Below are positions 9,382-20,569 of a stretch of DNA of 64,000 bases, one piece after another. The notes beneath the pieces are model-generated. The model ran no database searches. It saw only the letters and a program-made list of their open reading frames with translations, and was not told the DNA's origin. The position numbers and the translations under genes are program-made. The first letter of the stretch is position 1; each line of letters opens with the position of its first letter. Source of the stretch: Hydrogenophaga sp. (GTDB lineage Bacteria > Pseudomonadota > Gammaproteobacteria > Burkholderiales > Burkholderiaceae_C); assembly GCF_030373245.1 (NCBI RefSeq), contig NZ_JAUCZF010000008.1:49865-113864 (forward strand). Reading direction: 5' to 3'.

Positions 9382-10146
9382 ATGTGCCAACTGCTAGGCC
9401 TCAACTGCGCTACGCCCACCGACGCCTCGTTCAGCTTCACCGGCTTTTGCCAGCGAGGCGGCGGAACCGACCACCACGCTGATGGCTGGGGCATCGCCTT
9501 CTTTGAAGGCAAAGGCATGCGGCTGTTCGTGGATCACCAGAGCGCCGCGGCCTCGCCGATCGCCCAGTTCCTGCAGCAGTACCCACTCAAAAGCCGCAAC
9601 ATCATTGCCCATGTGCGCAAGGCCACGATCGGGGAGGTCAGCCTGGAAAATGCGCACCCGTTCACCCGTTCGCTGTGGGGTCGGCACTGGGTGTTTGCGC
9701 ACAACGGCGATCTGAAGGACTACGAACCCCAGCTGCACGGCCGCTTCCAGCCGGTGGGCACCACCGACAGCGAGCGCGCGTTTTGCTGGCTGATGCAGGA
9801 ACTGACCCAGTCGCACGCCAGCCTGCCCAGCATCGAGGAGCTCACGCTCACCTTGCGCGAACTGGTGCCAAAGGTGGCGGCTTTCGGCAGCTTCAACTTC
9901 CTGCTCTCCAACGGCGACGCCATGTGGGCTCACTGCAGCACCCAGCTGCACTACCTGATCCGCCAACACCCGTTCTCCCAAGCCACGCTGATGGACCGGG
10001 ACTGGACGGTGAACTTCGCTGAGCTCAACCAGCCTGGTGACCGCGCCGCCGTGATCGTCACCACGCCACTGACCTCCAACGAGGCCTGGACGGCGTTTGC
10101 ACCGGGCGAACTGCGGGTGTTCGTCGACGGTCTGCACGTGGCCTGA
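9382..10146 (+). CDS. yafJ: Class II glutamine amidotransferase (YafJ/Dug3/EgtC-like)
   Basis: N-terminal MCQLLG (Cys nucleophile), HADGWG, AHVRKAT, FAHNG and GTTDSE. Confidence 0.88.
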   Translation: MCQLLGLNCATPTDASFSFTGFCQRGGGTDHHADGWGIAFFEGKGMRLFVDHQSAAASPIAQFLQQYPLKSRNIIAHVRKATIGEVSLENAHPFTRSLWGRHWVFAHNGDLKDYEPQLHGRFQPVGTTDSERAFCWLMQELTQSHASLPSIEELTLTLRELVPKVAAFGSFNFLLSNGDAMWAHCSTQLHYLIRQHPFSQATLMDRDWTVNFAELNQPGDRAAVIVTTPLTSNEAWTAFAPGELRVFVDGLHVA

Positions 10147-10268
10147 GCAGGCACCTTCGCGACTCGGTACTAGGGATGCCCCCGGGGACGGGCGCCAGGG
10201 GTTGCCGGTTAGGATGCAACGCTCAGGCTGCGCGCGCGGCCCTTGTATCCAACCAGAAGGAGACTCTC

Positions 10269-11288
10269 ATGCAAAGACGCCACCTGATTGCCGGCGCCAT
10301 CGCCGCCACCGCCCTGCCCCGCCTGGTACTGGCGCAAGCCATCGAAAAGCCCAAGGTCACCATCGCCGTGGGTGGCAAGAACCTGTTTTATTACCTGCCT
10401 CTCACCATCGCCGAGCAGCTTGGCTATTTCAAAGACGAAGGCCTGGACCTCACCATCGTCGACTTCGCAGGCGGCTCACGCGCACTGGCCGCCGTGGTCG
10501 GCGGCAGTGCCGACGTGGTCTCGGGCGCGTTTGAGCACACGGTCAACATGCAGTTCAAGGGCCAGCCCATGCGCGCCTTCGTGCTGCAGGGCGCTTCACC
10601 TCAGATCGTGCTGGGCATCAACCCCAAGACCATGCCCAATTTCAAGTCCGTCGCCGACCTCAAAGGCAAGAAGATCGGCGTGACAGCGCCGGGCAGCTCG
10701 ACCAACGTGATGGCCAACTTCGTGCTGGCCAAGGCAGGCCTCAAGCCCAGCGATGTGAGCTTCATCGGCGTGGGAGCCAGCAGCGGTGCTGTCGCCGCGA
10801 TGCGCTCGGGTCAAATCGACGCCATGAGCAACCTCGATCCAGTGATCACCCTGTTGCAGCGCTCGGGTGACCTGAAGATCGTGGCCGACACCCGCATCGT
10901 GGCCGAGTCGGAAAAAATCTTCGGCGGCCCCATGCCCGGCGGCTGCCTCTACACGCCGCAGCCCTTCGTCGACAAGAACCCGAACACCGTGCAGGCCATG
11001 ACCAACGCCATGGTGCGTGCCAACAAATGGATCCAGCGCGCTGGTCCGGGCGACATCATCAAGGTGGTGCCCGAGAGCTACCTGCTGGGTGACCGCGCGA
11101 TCTACATCGACGGCTTCCTGGCGGCGCAAAAGGCCTTGTCGCCCGACGGCACATTCCCCACTCGCGGCCCGGACACCGCGTTCCGCGCGCTGGGCAGCGT
11201 GGACGCCAAACTGGCCGCAGCCAAGCTGGACCTGGCGGCGGTATTCACCAACGATTTTGCGAAGATCGCGAACGCAAAATACCGCTGA
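10269..11288 (+). CDS. NitT/TauT-family ABC transporter substrate-binding protein
   Basis: AAGGAG RBS, Tat-like MQRRHLI leader, motifs LGYFKDEGL and KIGVTAPGSS. Confidence 0.88.
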   Translation: MQRRHLIAGAIAATALPRLVLAQAIEKPKVTIAVGGKNLFYYLPLTIAEQLGYFKDEGLDLTIVDFAGGSRALAAVVGGSADVVSGAFEHTVNMQFKGQPMRAFVLQGASPQIVLGINPKTMPNFKSVADLKGKKIGVTAPGSSTNVMANFVLAKAGLKPSDVSFIGVGASSGAVAAMRSGQIDAMSNLDPVITLLQRSGDLKIVADTRIVAESEKIFGGPMPGGCLYTPQPFVDKNPNTVQAMTNAMVRANKWIQRAGPGDIIKVVPESYLLGDRAIYIDGFLAAQKALSPDGTFPTRGPDTAFRALGSVDAKLAAAKLDLAAVFTNDFAKIANAKYR

Positions 11289-11289
11289 T

Positions 11290-11364
11290 CCCGGCGCCGC
11301 GTCTGTGGCGCGTCACCCCCCTTTAAGGGGGCAAAACCTGCGGCCCGGCAATGCCGGTTCCGCG
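11290..11364 (-). repeat. REP-like element, family B, copy 2
   Basis: Reverse complement is gcggaaccggcattgccgggccgcagg..cccc..gggggtgacgcgcc..gcggcgccggg. Starts 1 nt after the stop of the binding-protein gene. Confidence 0.7.
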
Positions 11365-11441
11365 CTGTTCTGGGTTTTGGATACGCGCGCCGCATTCGCT
11401 TTGTTCAACGGCCCTTGTCTGGCTTTGATTCACCTTTCCCC

Positions 11442-12254
11442 ATGACACCCGCCATCGAACTCAAAGACGTCGCCTGCACCTTCATCAGCAAGGACGCACC
11501 CGGCCAACGCTACACCGCGGTCGAACACGTGGACCTGACGGTTGGCGCTGGCGAGTTTGTGAGCGTGGTGGGGCCAACCGGCTGCGGCAAGAGCACCTTG
11601 CTCAATGTGGCGGCCGGACTTCTGGCGCCGAGCCAGGGCACGGCCCACATTTTTGGTGAGCCGCTGCGCGATGTGAACACACGCGCCGGCTACATGTTCC
11701 AGACCGAGAGCCTGATGCCCTGGCGAACTGCGTCACAAAACGTGATGGCGGGCCTGGAGTTCCGCGGCGTGGCCGATGCCGAGGCGCGCGAGCAGGCTGA
11801 AGACTGGTTGCGCCGTGTTGGCCTGGGGGGCTTTGGCGACCGCTACCCGCACCAGCTCAGCGGTGGCATGCGCAAGCGCACCAGCCTGGCGCAGACCCTG
11901 GTGCTGGACCCGGACATCATCCTCATGGATGAGCCCTTCTCCGCACTCGACATCCAGACCCGCCAGCTGATGGAAAACGAAGTGCTCGAACTCTGGAGCT
12001 CCAAGAAAAAGGCGGTGCTGTTCATCACCCACGACCTCGACGAGGCCATCGCCATGAGCGACCGCGTCGTGATCCTGAGCGCCGGACCTGCCGCGCGCCC
12101 AATCGGCGAGTTCACCATCGACATTCCGCGCCCGCGCGACGTGGCGGAGGTGAAGATGACGCCCCGTTTCCTGGAGCTGCACGCAGCCATCTGGTCTGTC
12201 CTGCGCGAAGAGGTGCTCAAGGGATACCAGCAGCAATTGCAGAAGGCGGCCTGA
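11442..12254 (+). CDS. NitT/TauT ABC transporter ATP-binding protein
   Basis: Walker A GPTGCGKST, signature LSGGM, Walker B ILMDEPFSALD. Confidence 0.93.
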   Translation: MTPAIELKDVACTFISKDAPGQRYTAVEHVDLTVGAGEFVSVVGPTGCGKSTLLNVAAGLLAPSQGTAHIFGEPLRDVNTRAGYMFQTESLMPWRTASQNVMAGLEFRGVADAEAREQAEDWLRRVGLGGFGDRYPHQLSGGMRKRTSLAQTLVLDPDIILMDEPFSALDIQTRQLMENEVLELWSSKKKAVLFITHDLDEAIAMSDRVVILSAGPAARPIGEFTIDIPRPRDVAEVKMTPRFLELHAAIWSVLREEVLKGYQQQLQKAA

Positions 12255-12256
12255 GC

Positions 12257-13084
12257 ATGTGGAACCTCATCAAACCGCGCCCTGCCACGCTGCGCCTCTG
12301 GCAGATCGGCATCCTGGTGCTGCTGTTCGTGTTCTGGCATGTCATGACCAAGCCCGGTCTGGTGCCAACGTTCATGTTCGACAACGACCGCCAGGCCGCA
12401 TTTTTCTTCGGTGAACCGCTGAAGATCTTTGAGCGCATCTGGGTCTGGTTCGTCACCGATGCCGACATCTACATCCACCTGTACGTGACGCTGGCCGAAA
12501 CCGTGATGGCCTTTGGCATCGGCGCCGGCAGCGGCCTGGCGGCAGGCCTCTGGCTGGCGCTCAGTCCCATGGCCTCGGCCATCCTGGAGCCCTACATCAA
12601 GGCGCTGAACTCCATGCCGCGCATCATCCTGGCGCCCATCTTCGCAGTGTGGTTCGGCCTGGGCATGGCGTCCAAAGTGGCGCTGGGCGTGACCCTGGTG
12701 TTCTTCATCGTGTTCTTCAACGTTTACCAAGGCGTGAAAGAAGTGAGCCCGGTGGTGCTGGCCAATGCGCGCATGCTGGGAGCCAACAAAAAACAGCTGC
12801 TGCGCCATGTCTATCTGCCCAGCGCCACCAGCTGGGTGTTCAGCTCGCTGCACACCTCGGTCGGACTGGCTTTTGTGGGCGCGGTGGTGGGCGAATACCT
12901 GGGCTCCAGCCGCGGCGTGGGTTACCTGATCTTGCAGGCGGAAGGCCAGTTCGACATCAACACCGTGATGGCCGGCATCCTGGTGCTGACCTGCTTTGCG
13001 CTGGTGCTGGACGCGGCGGTGGGTCGCATCGAGAAACGGCTGATGAAGTGGCAGCCCAAAGCCGGTGAAACCGAGAAGCTGTGA
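12257..13084 (+). CDS. NitT/TauT ABC transporter permease
   Basis: Multi-TM protein with EAA-like loop ANARMLGA and [15 protein letters not shown]. Confidence 0.9.
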   Translation: MWNLIKPRPATLRLWQIGILVLLFVFWHVMTKPGLVPTFMFDNDRQAAFFFGEPLKIFERIWVWFVTDADIYIHLYVTLAETVMAFGIGAGSGLAAGLWLALSPMASAILEPYIKALNSMPRIILAPIFAVWFGLGMASKVALGVTLVFFIVFFNVYQGVKEVSPVVLANARMLGANKKQLLRHVYLPSATSWVFSSLHTSVGLAFVGAVVGEYLGSSRGVGYLILQAEGQFDINTVMAGILVLTCFALVLDAAVGRIEKRLMKWQPKAGETEKL

Positions 13085-13085
13085 C

Positions 13086-13418
13086 ATGAACGCCTGGCTG
13101 CTGCTTGCGCTGGCCATCGTGGCTGAGGTCATTGGCACCAGCGCGCTCAAGGCCAGTGAAGGCTTCACCCGGCTGGCCCCCTCGGGACTCGTGGTGGTGG
13201 GCTATGCGGTGTCGTTTTACTGTCTGTCGCTGGTGCTGCGCAGCATTCCGGTGGGGGTGGCGTACGCGATCTGGTCGGGCCTGGGCATCGTGCTCATCAC
13301 GCTGGTGGCCTGGGTGGTGTACGACCAGACGGTGGATCTCGCCGGGATGCTGGGCATGGGCTTGATCTTGGCGGGCGTGCTGGTGCTCAACCTGTTCTCC
13401 AAGACCTCCGCCCACTGA
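13086..13418 (+). CDS. SMR-family efflux protein (EmrE/QacE-like)
   Basis: 110 aa, four TM helices, conserved Glu in AIVAEVIGT and AYAIWSGLG. Starts 1 nt after the permease stop. Confidence 0.9.
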   Translation: MNAWLLLALAIVAEVIGTSALKASEGFTRLAPSGLVVVGYAVSFYCLSLVLRSIPVGVAYAIWSGLGIVLITLVAWVVYDQTVDLAGMLGMGLILAGVLVLNLFSKTSAH

Positions 13419-13448
13419 GCGGAGCAGGGCCTGGACGGGGCCTGACGC

Positions 13449-14021
13449 TCAAAGTACCTTGAAAAGCTTTTCCTTGAGCTCGGGCAAGCGCTTCTTGCCT
13501 ATGCCGTGGTCGGCCATGCTGGCCTCCCAGTCCCGGTACACCGCTCGCAGCGCATCGGTGGTCTTGGCGTCGGAGATGTTCTGGATCAGCGTGATGCGCA
13601 TCTGTTGCCCGATGATGGCGTTGATCGAGTTGATCATGAAGTTGCGCGCCATCTCGTTGTCTTTGACCGTGCGCTTCGCTGCGGGCACCAGGCCCGGAAT
13701 ATCGCCAGTGGCCGCCACCTCGCCTTCCACGGGTGTCGCGGTGGCCGAAGCATCGGCGTTGCGAGAAACCGCTGCGCTGGCGGGCTTGTTGCCGGCCTGG
13801 GCTTCGAGGCAGCCGTGATTGAGCAGTTGCTGCAGCACGGACTGGATGTCGTCGGCACTGGGCAGAAAAGCCGCCAGCTCGCCGCCACTCTTTTTCCCGT
13901 CGGCGAGCACGAGAATGCGCCGCACCAGGGGCGCGAGACCCAGAGCGCGCGATTGGATTTCCTGTTGACCCAGCTCGGTCTTGGTGAAGACGGCAGAAGT
14001 CAGGTCGAGCGTGTCGGACAT
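13449..14021 (-). CDS. Hypothetical two-domain protein (190 aa)
   Basis: N-terminal FTKTELGQQEI..RRILVLADGK..LLNHGCL segment, Ala-rich linker, helical C-terminus. Codon usage is coding-like. Confidence 0.7.
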   Translation of the reverse strand: MSDTLDLTSAVFTKTELGQQEIQSRALGLAPLVRRILVLADGKKSGGELAAFLPSADDIQSVLQQLLNHGCLEAQAGNKPASAAVSRNADASATATPVEGEVAATGDIPGLVPAAKRTVKDNEMARNFMINSINAIIGQQMRITLIQNISDAKTTDALRAVYRDWEASMADHGIGKKRLPELKEKLFKVL

Positions 14022-14220
14022 ATGGCGGATGAAAGATTCGAAATTTGCTCCCTGAGTCCAACGTTGTACCGTAGGCACCTTTCTCAGACAAGACGGGAAT
14101 GCCATGAAACGGGATGGACGTAGTCCATGGACAGGGTCAACGGAGTCCACCGCGGCAAATGACACGCTTGAGCCGTGGCGCGCTGACCGCAACCCCACTT
14201 TTCTTGTGGAGACTTTTGAA

Positions 14221-14763
14221 CTACTTTCGAGTCGATGTGCGCCGCTGCGCGCGCAAGGTCGCGAGATAAAGCCCCTCGACCTTCTCACGCGCCCAGGGGG
14301 TCTTGCGCAAGAAGCGCAAGCTGGATGACACGCTGGGATCGATGTTGAAACAGCGCACCGGAATGCGCTCACCCAGGCCGGCCCAGCCATGGTGCTCCAC
14401 CAGTGCAGCGACCATGGCTTCTAGTGTCACGCCATGAAGCGGATTGCGAGGTTGGGGGGGGTTATCGCCCCCACGCTCCACCGCTTCGCGGGTCGCTGCC
14501 CCCCAAGGGGGCTGACCTTGCTCGGGGCTGCCCTTCGCCGCGGTCGTGTCGCCCCCACGCTCCGCCGCTGCGCGGGTCGCTGCCCCCCGAGGGGGCTGGG
14601 CCTGCCTTGGGGGCGGCCCGGCGACAGGACCGTTGCCTCCACGCTCCACCCCTGCGCGGGTCGCTGCCCCCCGAGGGGGCTGGGCCTGCCTTGGGGGCGG
14701 CCCGGCGGCTGGCCCGTTGCCTCCCTCCACAGACACCTTCGAGTTCTGTGTATCTGCGCTCAT
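14221..14763 (-). CDS. VF530/DUF2132 family protein with a REP-derived 3x28-aa N-terminal repeat
   Basis: C-terminal domain [49 protein letters not shown] at 14763 overlaps the gshB TGA (ATGA). Confidence 0.8.
   Translation of the reverse strand: MSADTQNSKVSVEGGNGPAAGPPPRQAQPPRGAATRAGVERGGNGPVAGPPPRQAQPPRGAATRAAAERGGDTTAAKGSPEQGQPPWGAATREAVERGGDNPPQPRNPLHGVTLEAMVAALVEHHGWAGLGERIPVRCFNIDPSVSSSLRFLRKTPWAREKVEGLYLATLRAQRRTSTRK
14464..14722 (-). repeat. Three tandem 84-bp REP-like units, family A
   Basis: The anchor ccacgctcc recurs at 14471, 14555 and 14639 (period 84). Shared core gggtcgctgcccccc(g/a)agggggctg. Confidence 0.92.
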
Positions 14764-15704
14764 GCGAGCGCCGCTTCCAGTGCATCCACAAACATCGCAG
14801 GCACATCGAAGCCAGTCTGGTCGTGGATCTCCTGGAAGCACGTCGGGCTGGTGACATTGATTTCGGTCACGCGGTTGCCAATCATGTCCAGCCCCACCAA
14901 CAGCAGGCCGCGCTCGGCCAGGGTGGGTGCGATGGCTTCGGCCACCCGGCGATCGGCGTCGGTCAGCGGCTGAGCCACACCCTTGCCACCCGCAGCCAGA
15001 TTGCCGCGCACTTCACCCCCTTGCGGAATGCGCGCCAGCACAAACGGCGCCACTTGCCCACCAATCAGCAGCAGGCGCTTATCGCCCGCTGCGATCTCAG
15101 GCAAGTAACGCTGCACCATCACGCTGGTGGCGCCGCCCTGGTTGAGCGTCTCGATGATGGCGCCCAAGTTCATGCCGTCTGGCCCGACGCGGAAGATGCC
15201 AGTGCCCCCCATCCCGTCCAACGGTTTGAGGATGATGTCTTGCTGCTCGGTGTGGAAATGCCGGATCGCCTCGGGCGAGCGCGTCACCAGTGTGGGGGGT
15301 GCGTACTGCGCAAATTCCATCAGCGCCAGCTTTTCCGGGTGGTCGCGCAGCGCACGCGGGCTGTTGAAAACCCGAGCCCCCTCGCGCTCGGCCTGTTCCA
15401 GCAAGTGGGTGGCGTAGAAAAACTCGCTGTCAAACGGCGGGTCTTTGCGCATGAGCACCGCGTCGAAATCGCGCAGGGCTTCGCGCCCCTGGTGCTCCAC
15501 GTGGTACCAGTCGCTGGCGTCGCCCGTCAGCGTGATGCGGCGCACCAGTGCCGACACCGGCTGACCGGACTGCCACTGCATGTGTTGCGGCTCGCAGGCG
15601 GCCACCGCATGGCCGCGGCGCTGAAGCTCGCGCATCATGGCGAAGGTGGTGTCCTTGTAGATCTTGAAGGTGGCGAGAGGGTCGGCGACGAAGAGGATGT
15701 TCAT
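14760..15704 (-). CDS. gshB: Glutathione synthetase
   Basis: [34 protein letters not shown] and EINVTSPT (ATP-grasp fold). Confidence 0.96.
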   Translation of the reverse strand: MNILFVADPLATFKIYKDTTFAMMRELQRRGHAVAACEPQHMQWQSGQPVSALVRRITLTGDASDWYHVEHQGREALRDFDAVLMRKDPPFDSEFFYATHLLEQAEREGARVFNSPRALRDHPEKLALMEFAQYAPPTLVTRSPEAIRHFHTEQQDIILKPLDGMGGTGIFRVGPDGMNLGAIIETLNQGGATSVMVQRYLPEIAAGDKRLLLIGGQVAPFVLARIPQGGEVRGNLAAGGKGVAQPLTDADRRVAEAIAPTLAERGLLLVGLDMIGNRVTEINVTSPTCFQEIHDQTGFDVPAMFVDALEAALA

Positions 15705-16885
15705 GGGCTTGGCTTTCTGGACCCGTACTGTTGCACAAACAGCGCCACGGCGCCGGCGACCACGCCCCAGAAGGCCGATCCGATGCCTGCGAGCGTGAGG
15801 CCACTGAGCGTGACCAGGAAGGTGATGAGGGCGGCCTCGCGGTGGGGTTCGTCCTTGAGCGCGGCGTGCAGTCCACCGCCGATACTTCCCAGCAAAGCGA
15901 TGCCAGCGATGGCCAGCACCAGCTCGCGCGGGAAAGCCAGCAGCAGCCCGGTGACCGCGGCGCCAAACAGGCCGATCAGCACATACAGCGCGCCGCAGGC
16001 CACGGCCGCGGTGTAACGCTTGTCCCGATCTGCATGGGCTTCCTCGCCCATGCAGATGGCGGCGGTGATGGCGCTGAGGTTGAGCGCAAAGGCGCCAAAA
16101 GGAGCCAGCACCAGCGTGACCACGCCGGTCAGGGTGATGATCCTGGAAATGGGCATGGGGTACCCGGCAGCACGGATCGCAGCCACACCCGGCAGGTTTT
16201 GCGACGCCATGGTGACCACAAAGAGCGGCAGGGCAAGACTGACCAGCGCCGACAGGCTGAACTCAGGCGCCGTGAAAATCGGGCGCGCCAGCTCCAGCAC
16301 CACCGTGCCTTGTTTGAACTGGCCATCCAGCACCACGTAGACCACCGCCACCAACAGCGTGAGCGGTACCGCGTAGCGCGCAAGCACTCGGCGCACCAGC
16401 AGATAGCTCAGCAGCATGAGCCCCACCATCGGCAGCGCGGTCTGCGCCGCTTCAAATGCCTGCAGGCCGAAGCGCGCGAGCACGCCAGCCAGCAGCGCGG
16501 AAGCAATCGCCACCGGTATGCGGTTCATCACCCGCTCGAACCAGCCCGTGGCACCCACCAGAATAATCAGCAGCGCGCAGGCCAGGAACGCACCCACGGC
16601 CTGCGCCATGGAGAAGCCGCCAGCCAGCCCGGCGGTGGCCAGCACCGCGGCACCGGGCGTGCTCCAGGCCACCATCACCGGCTGCCTCAGGATCAGCGAA
16701 GGAATTGCGGAACACAAGCCCATGCCCAGGCCCAGCGCCCACATCCAAGAGGTGATGAGCTCGGGCGTGGCGCCAAACGCCAGCGCCGCCTGGAACACAA
16801 TCGCCACCGAGCTGGTGAAACCCACCAGCACCGCCACAAAACCGGCGGTGGCCGCAGACAGGCTGAGATCGCGGAAAAAGGACAT
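15701..16885 (-). CDS. benE: Benzoate/H+ symporter BenE family transporter
   Basis: AGFVAVLVGFTSS, AWSTPGAA, MASQNLPG and NLSAITAAIC. Stop overlaps the gshB ATG. Confidence 0.88.
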   Translation of the reverse strand: MSFFRDLSLSAATAGFVAVLVGFTSSVAIVFQAALAFGATPELITSWMWALGLGMGLCSAIPSLILRQPVMVAWSTPGAAVLATAGLAGGFSMAQAVGAFLACALLIILVGATGWFERVMNRIPVAIASALLAGVLARFGLQAFEAAQTALPMVGLMLLSYLLVRRVLARYAVPLTLLVAVVYVVLDGQFKQGTVVLELARPIFTAPEFSLSALVSLALPLFVVTMASQNLPGVAAIRAAGYPMPISRIITLTGVVTLVLAPFGAFALNLSAITAAICMGEEAHADRDKRYTAAVACGALYVLIGLFGAAVTGLLLAFPRELVLAIAGIALLGSIGGGLHAALKDEPHREAALITFLVTLSGLTLAGIGSAFWGVVAGAVALFVQQYGSRKPSP

Positions 16886-16960
16886 CGGGCGATTGTGCCG
16901 CCGAGCAAGCGCATCGCAGAGCACGGCGTTGAGCGGGTCCGCAGGCCGCTCAACCCCAGG

Positions 16961-17034
16961 GCACCGCGGATCTGGCTCCGCCAGTCCGCCAGTCCGCCCC
17001 CGAGGGTGGTGACGGCGAAACCTGCGCGGGGGGA
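16961..17034 (+). repeat. REP-like element, family B, copy 3
   Basis: gcggatctggctccgccagtccgc..cccc..ggtggtgacggcgaaacctgcgcgggggga. Lies 2 nt past the kup stop. Confidence 0.65.
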
Positions 17035-17036
17035 GC

Positions 17037-18905
<1,869 letters not shown>

Positions 18906-19021
18906 ACAACAACCCCGGCCTGACGGCCCGAGGCTTCAATGATCCGAAGGGGTGAATTCTGCTCTCACGCCCTGATTACCAGCAACTGGGCAACCGTTCT
19001 AAATCGGCTCGCCGTGAGATA

Positions 19022-19037
19022 TGTTGCACCGCAGCAA
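19022..19037. promoter_or_regulatory. 16-bp motif TGTTGCACCGCAGCAA upstream of kup, candidate transcription-factor site
   Basis: 14/16 identical to 32728-32743, quasi-palindromic. Confidence 0.4.
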
Positions 19038-19067
19038 CTGCGACCTGTCGACGCGGGAGGCGTAGGG

Positions 19068-20360
19068 CTACTCGTACACCTCGGCGTCCGGATCGGTGGC
19101 TTCAAGCTCGTAGCTGGCCGCCAGCATGGCCAGGCGACCGATCACGCCGTACATGTAGAAGCGGTTGGGCAGGCTGGCACCGGGCTTGACGCCCGGTTGC
19201 GGCAGTTGCGCGCTTTGCTCAAACGCCAGCGGCACAAAACGCGCGCCCGGCGCGTTGAGGTTTTCGTCCACGCCGCGCTCGGCGTGCACGCGGTAAAAAC
19301 CACCGACCACGTAGCGGTCCATCATGTAGACCACCGGCTCGGCCACGGCCGCGTTGATGCGCTCGTTGGTCATCACGCCCTCCTGGATGATGACCTCGCC
19401 TGCACCCAGCCCGGTCTGAAGACCGGCCATGGCCTTGCGGTCGGCCGGCGTGAGGGCATCGATTTCCTTCGCGTCGCGCACGGTCATGATGCCCATGCCG
19501 CCGGTGCCGTTGTCGGCCTTGATCACGACAAACGGCTTCTCGTTGATGCCGTATTCCTTGTACTTGCGCCGGATCTTGCCAAGCAGGGCGTCGGTGTTGG
19601 TGCGCAGACAGTCCAGCCCGGCATCGGCGGTGAAGTCCACTTCGCCACACTGCGCAAACAGCGGGTTGATCAGCCAATGGTCCATGCCGAGCAGTTTTCC
19701 AAAGCGCTTGGCCACCTCTTCATAGGCCTTGAAGTGGCGGCTTTTGCGGCGCGTGCCCCAGCCGGCGTGCAACGGAGGCAGCAGGTACTGCTCGTGCAAG
19801 TCTTCCAGAATGCCCGGCACGCCGGCACTCAAGTCGTTGTTGAGCAGGATGGTGCAAGGGTCGAAGTCCTTTAAGCCCAGGCGGCGCTTGCTGCGCACCA
19901 GCGGCTCCAGCGTGACCGACTCGCCGCCTGGCAGTTCTATCGTCTTTGGCGCGGTGATGTCGTTGGACAGCGAGCCCAGGCGCACATTCAGCCCAGCCTG
20001 GAAAAAGATGCGCTGCAATTGCGCCAGATTGCTGAGGTAGAAGACGTCGCTCGTGTTTTCGGGCACGAGCAGCAGGTTCTTCGCTTCCGGGCAGATCTTC
20101 TCGATCGCCGCCATCGCCGCCTGCACGGCCAGCGGCATCATTTCGGGCGTGAGGTGATTCCAGCCGCCGGGGTAGAGGTTGGTGTCCACCGGCGCGAGCT
20201 TGAAGCCGGCGTTGCGCACGTCGACCGAGCAGTAAAAGGGCGGCGTGTGCTCCATCCACTCCAGTCGGAACCAGCGTTCGATCACCGGCGTGGATTCCAG
20301 GATCCGCTGCTCGAGTTCGTTGATGGGGCCGGTCAAGGCGGTGACGAGATGCGGAACCAT
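19068..20360 (-). CDS. gshA: Glutamate--cysteine ligase, betaproteobacterial GshA type
   Basis: MVPHLVTAL, PPFYCSVDVRNAGFKLAPVDTNLYPGG and EPVVYMMDRYVVGGFYRVH. Confidence 0.92.
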   Translation of the reverse strand: MVPHLVTALTGPINELEQRILESTPVIERWFRLEWMEHTPPFYCSVDVRNAGFKLAPVDTNLYPGGWNHLTPEMMPLAVQAAMAAIEKICPEAKNLLLVPENTSDVFYLSNLAQLQRIFFQAGLNVRLGSLSNDITAPKTIELPGGESVTLEPLVRSKRRLGLKDFDPCTILLNNDLSAGVPGILEDLHEQYLLPPLHAGWGTRRKSRHFKAYEEVAKRFGKLLGMDHWLINPLFAQCGEVDFTADAGLDCLRTNTDALLGKIRRKYKEYGINEKPFVVIKADNGTGGMGIMTVRDAKEIDALTPADRKAMAGLQTGLGAGEVIIQEGVMTNERINAAVAEPVVYMMDRYVVGGFYRVHAERGVDENLNAPGARFVPLAFEQSAQLPQPGVKPGASLPNRFYMYGVIGRLAMLAASYELEATDPDAEVYE

Positions 20361-20569
20361 GTAGGCCTTTTGATGAGAATTTCCCAACCCATTGTAGGGA
20401 GCGAAAATTGCATTTTCGTCATCCAAATGGGGACGAACGCGGCGACCGCAAGGCGCGCGCCGCGGATGGCCAAAATGAGCTTGGCGCTCAAGCGCAGCCT
20501 ACCCCCGGGAGCCCATGCACCGGCGGTCGGACCGCCAGCGCTGCGCGGCAACGTGCCCAGGAATGGTGG

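Noticed and set aside
10147-10268. Guanidine riboswitch upstream of the ABC and SMR genes
   Set aside because: CTAGGGATGCC only loosely resembles the guanidine-I 5' motif. The 3' conserved stem and the paired ACGR-loop hairpins of guanidine-II are absent.
14464-14722. Tandem repeats as a CRISPR array
   Set aside because: Units 2 and 3 are nearly identical along their whole length, so there are no unique spacers. The period is 84 bp and no cas genes are present.
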